A stretch of 64,000 nt of DNA from Azolla caroliniana (taxonomy: Eukaryota; Plantae; Polypodiophyta). The position numbers and the translations under genes are program-made. A model generated the notes under the pieces. It worked only from the letters and a program-made list of their open reading frames with translations. It did no database searches and had not been told where the DNA came from. The DNA is taken from contig JBHGNT010000008.1 of the NCBI GenBank assembly GCA_043228905.1, positions 13,454,001-13,518,000 on the forward strand, given 5' to 3'. Shown one piece after another: positions 62,901-64,000 of this stretch (the stretch's first letter is position 1; every line of letters begins with the position of its first letter).

Positions 62901-64000
62901 GTGCCTTCGATTCTGCTCTTGTCGACCGTCTCCATTGCATGTCGATCCACCTCGTCCTCCAAGCCCACCAGGCTGGTCCGCCTCCGTGTACAACATCCGG
63001 TTGTCCGGCTGAGTGTTCCTCGACCCACTTGCGTGGTTTTTTTCGACCATCAGCATTGATTGTAGGTTGAAGAAAGACGGTGGCTTCTCCCAGGTGCAGA
63101 TCGTCATCCGGATTGGCCTGTACAGTTGTGCTAGAACACCAAGCAAAATTTGTACCACTTCGTCTTCGTCCACCGTCACATTGATGGACCTGAGCGTGTC
63201 ACAAATCTCTTTTATTTTGGTGGTCTACTCCGTAACAGACATATCTCTCTATCGGATGTTGTTCAGGTCTTGCCGGAGCTACAACTTATGAGTTGTGGAA
63301 CTTGCGGCGAAAATCTTCCAAAGATTTTCCTAGGCCTCCTTAGGCGTTTTTGCATCCTTGATGTAGTCGAGCATCTGATCGTGCACACAAGATGCGAGGA
63401 AGTACAACACTCTACTCGCTCCTTGCTCCAATGTTGGGAAGTCCTTGTGTGTCGGCTCCGCCGGTACATTGTTCGTTCCTTCCACATAGCTACAGTAACC
63501 ATGCCCCAATAGGTACTAGTGCATTTTATATGGCCAAGATGCATAGTTGCTCCAGTCGAGGTTTTCTGTGGGAAGCGAACTTGCCATGCCTCTGTCCATC
63601 TTGGTTCTCTTCTATTCTTTACCGGGTGTTAGGGTTTGTCTTCAAAAGTGTTTGTCGGCTATAGAGGAGTCTCAGCCCTCGCGCTTTGATACCATGTGAA
63701 AGTTAATATGTGGAAGCATATGACAAGCCGGCTCAGCCGGATACCAACAAGACGTAGAGAAGAAAGTTTAATGGAGACCTTACATAGAGAATACACGGGA
63801 GAGACAGAGAGAGTAGAACCTAAAACGCGATTATATAATAATAATCATTTGTACATAGAATGTGCTCAGAGAGTACTGATAGGTACTTCAATGCTCATAT
63901 GAGCGATTGCCATTGACTCCCAAAAATATGCCTACGTACTAGGCTGGATCCGTAGGCCTCTAATGGCCTACCAGTTTCAATCTGATCTGGCTCTTCGTTC

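Larger units (their letters stand above)
52684..64000 (-). mobile_element. Degenerate Copia: 3' LTR 52684-53043, 5' LTR from 63695 (runs off window), PBS-iMet 63683-63694; interrupted by element B
   Basis: LTR homology TGTGAAA.TTAATATGTGGAAGC; WYVDSGASNHM, LHKRIDHVN, FIDDY, LRSDGGKEY, IYCDN..KHIEVHYHF. Confidence 0.9.

Overview
Eukaryotic (plant, probably bryophyte/moss-like; this is inference) heterochromatic window made mostly of nested Ty1/Copia and Ty3/Gypsy LTR retrotransposons plus tandem repeats. Only two host-type genes are visible: an intact PR-1/CAP gene and a hevein-domain gene fragment cut by a Copia insertion. The standout is a 7.6-kb cut-and-paste DNA transposon (10448-18092; perfect 33-bp TIRs, 4-bp TSD CACC) with two divergent genes. 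One is a Sola1-like/DUF7869-type DDD transposase. The other is a six-exon gene for a ParB/Srx-like domain fused to a prokaryote-type beta-class N6-adenine/N4-cytosine DNA methyltransferase. Other notable signals: three LTR elements whose 5' LTR U5 end is inverted, a Tf1-style self-priming chromovirus that lacks RT/RNase H yet has apparently identical LTRs, and antisense tRNA-like modules in the U3 of four different LTRs. All calls are from manual reading; no searches were run.
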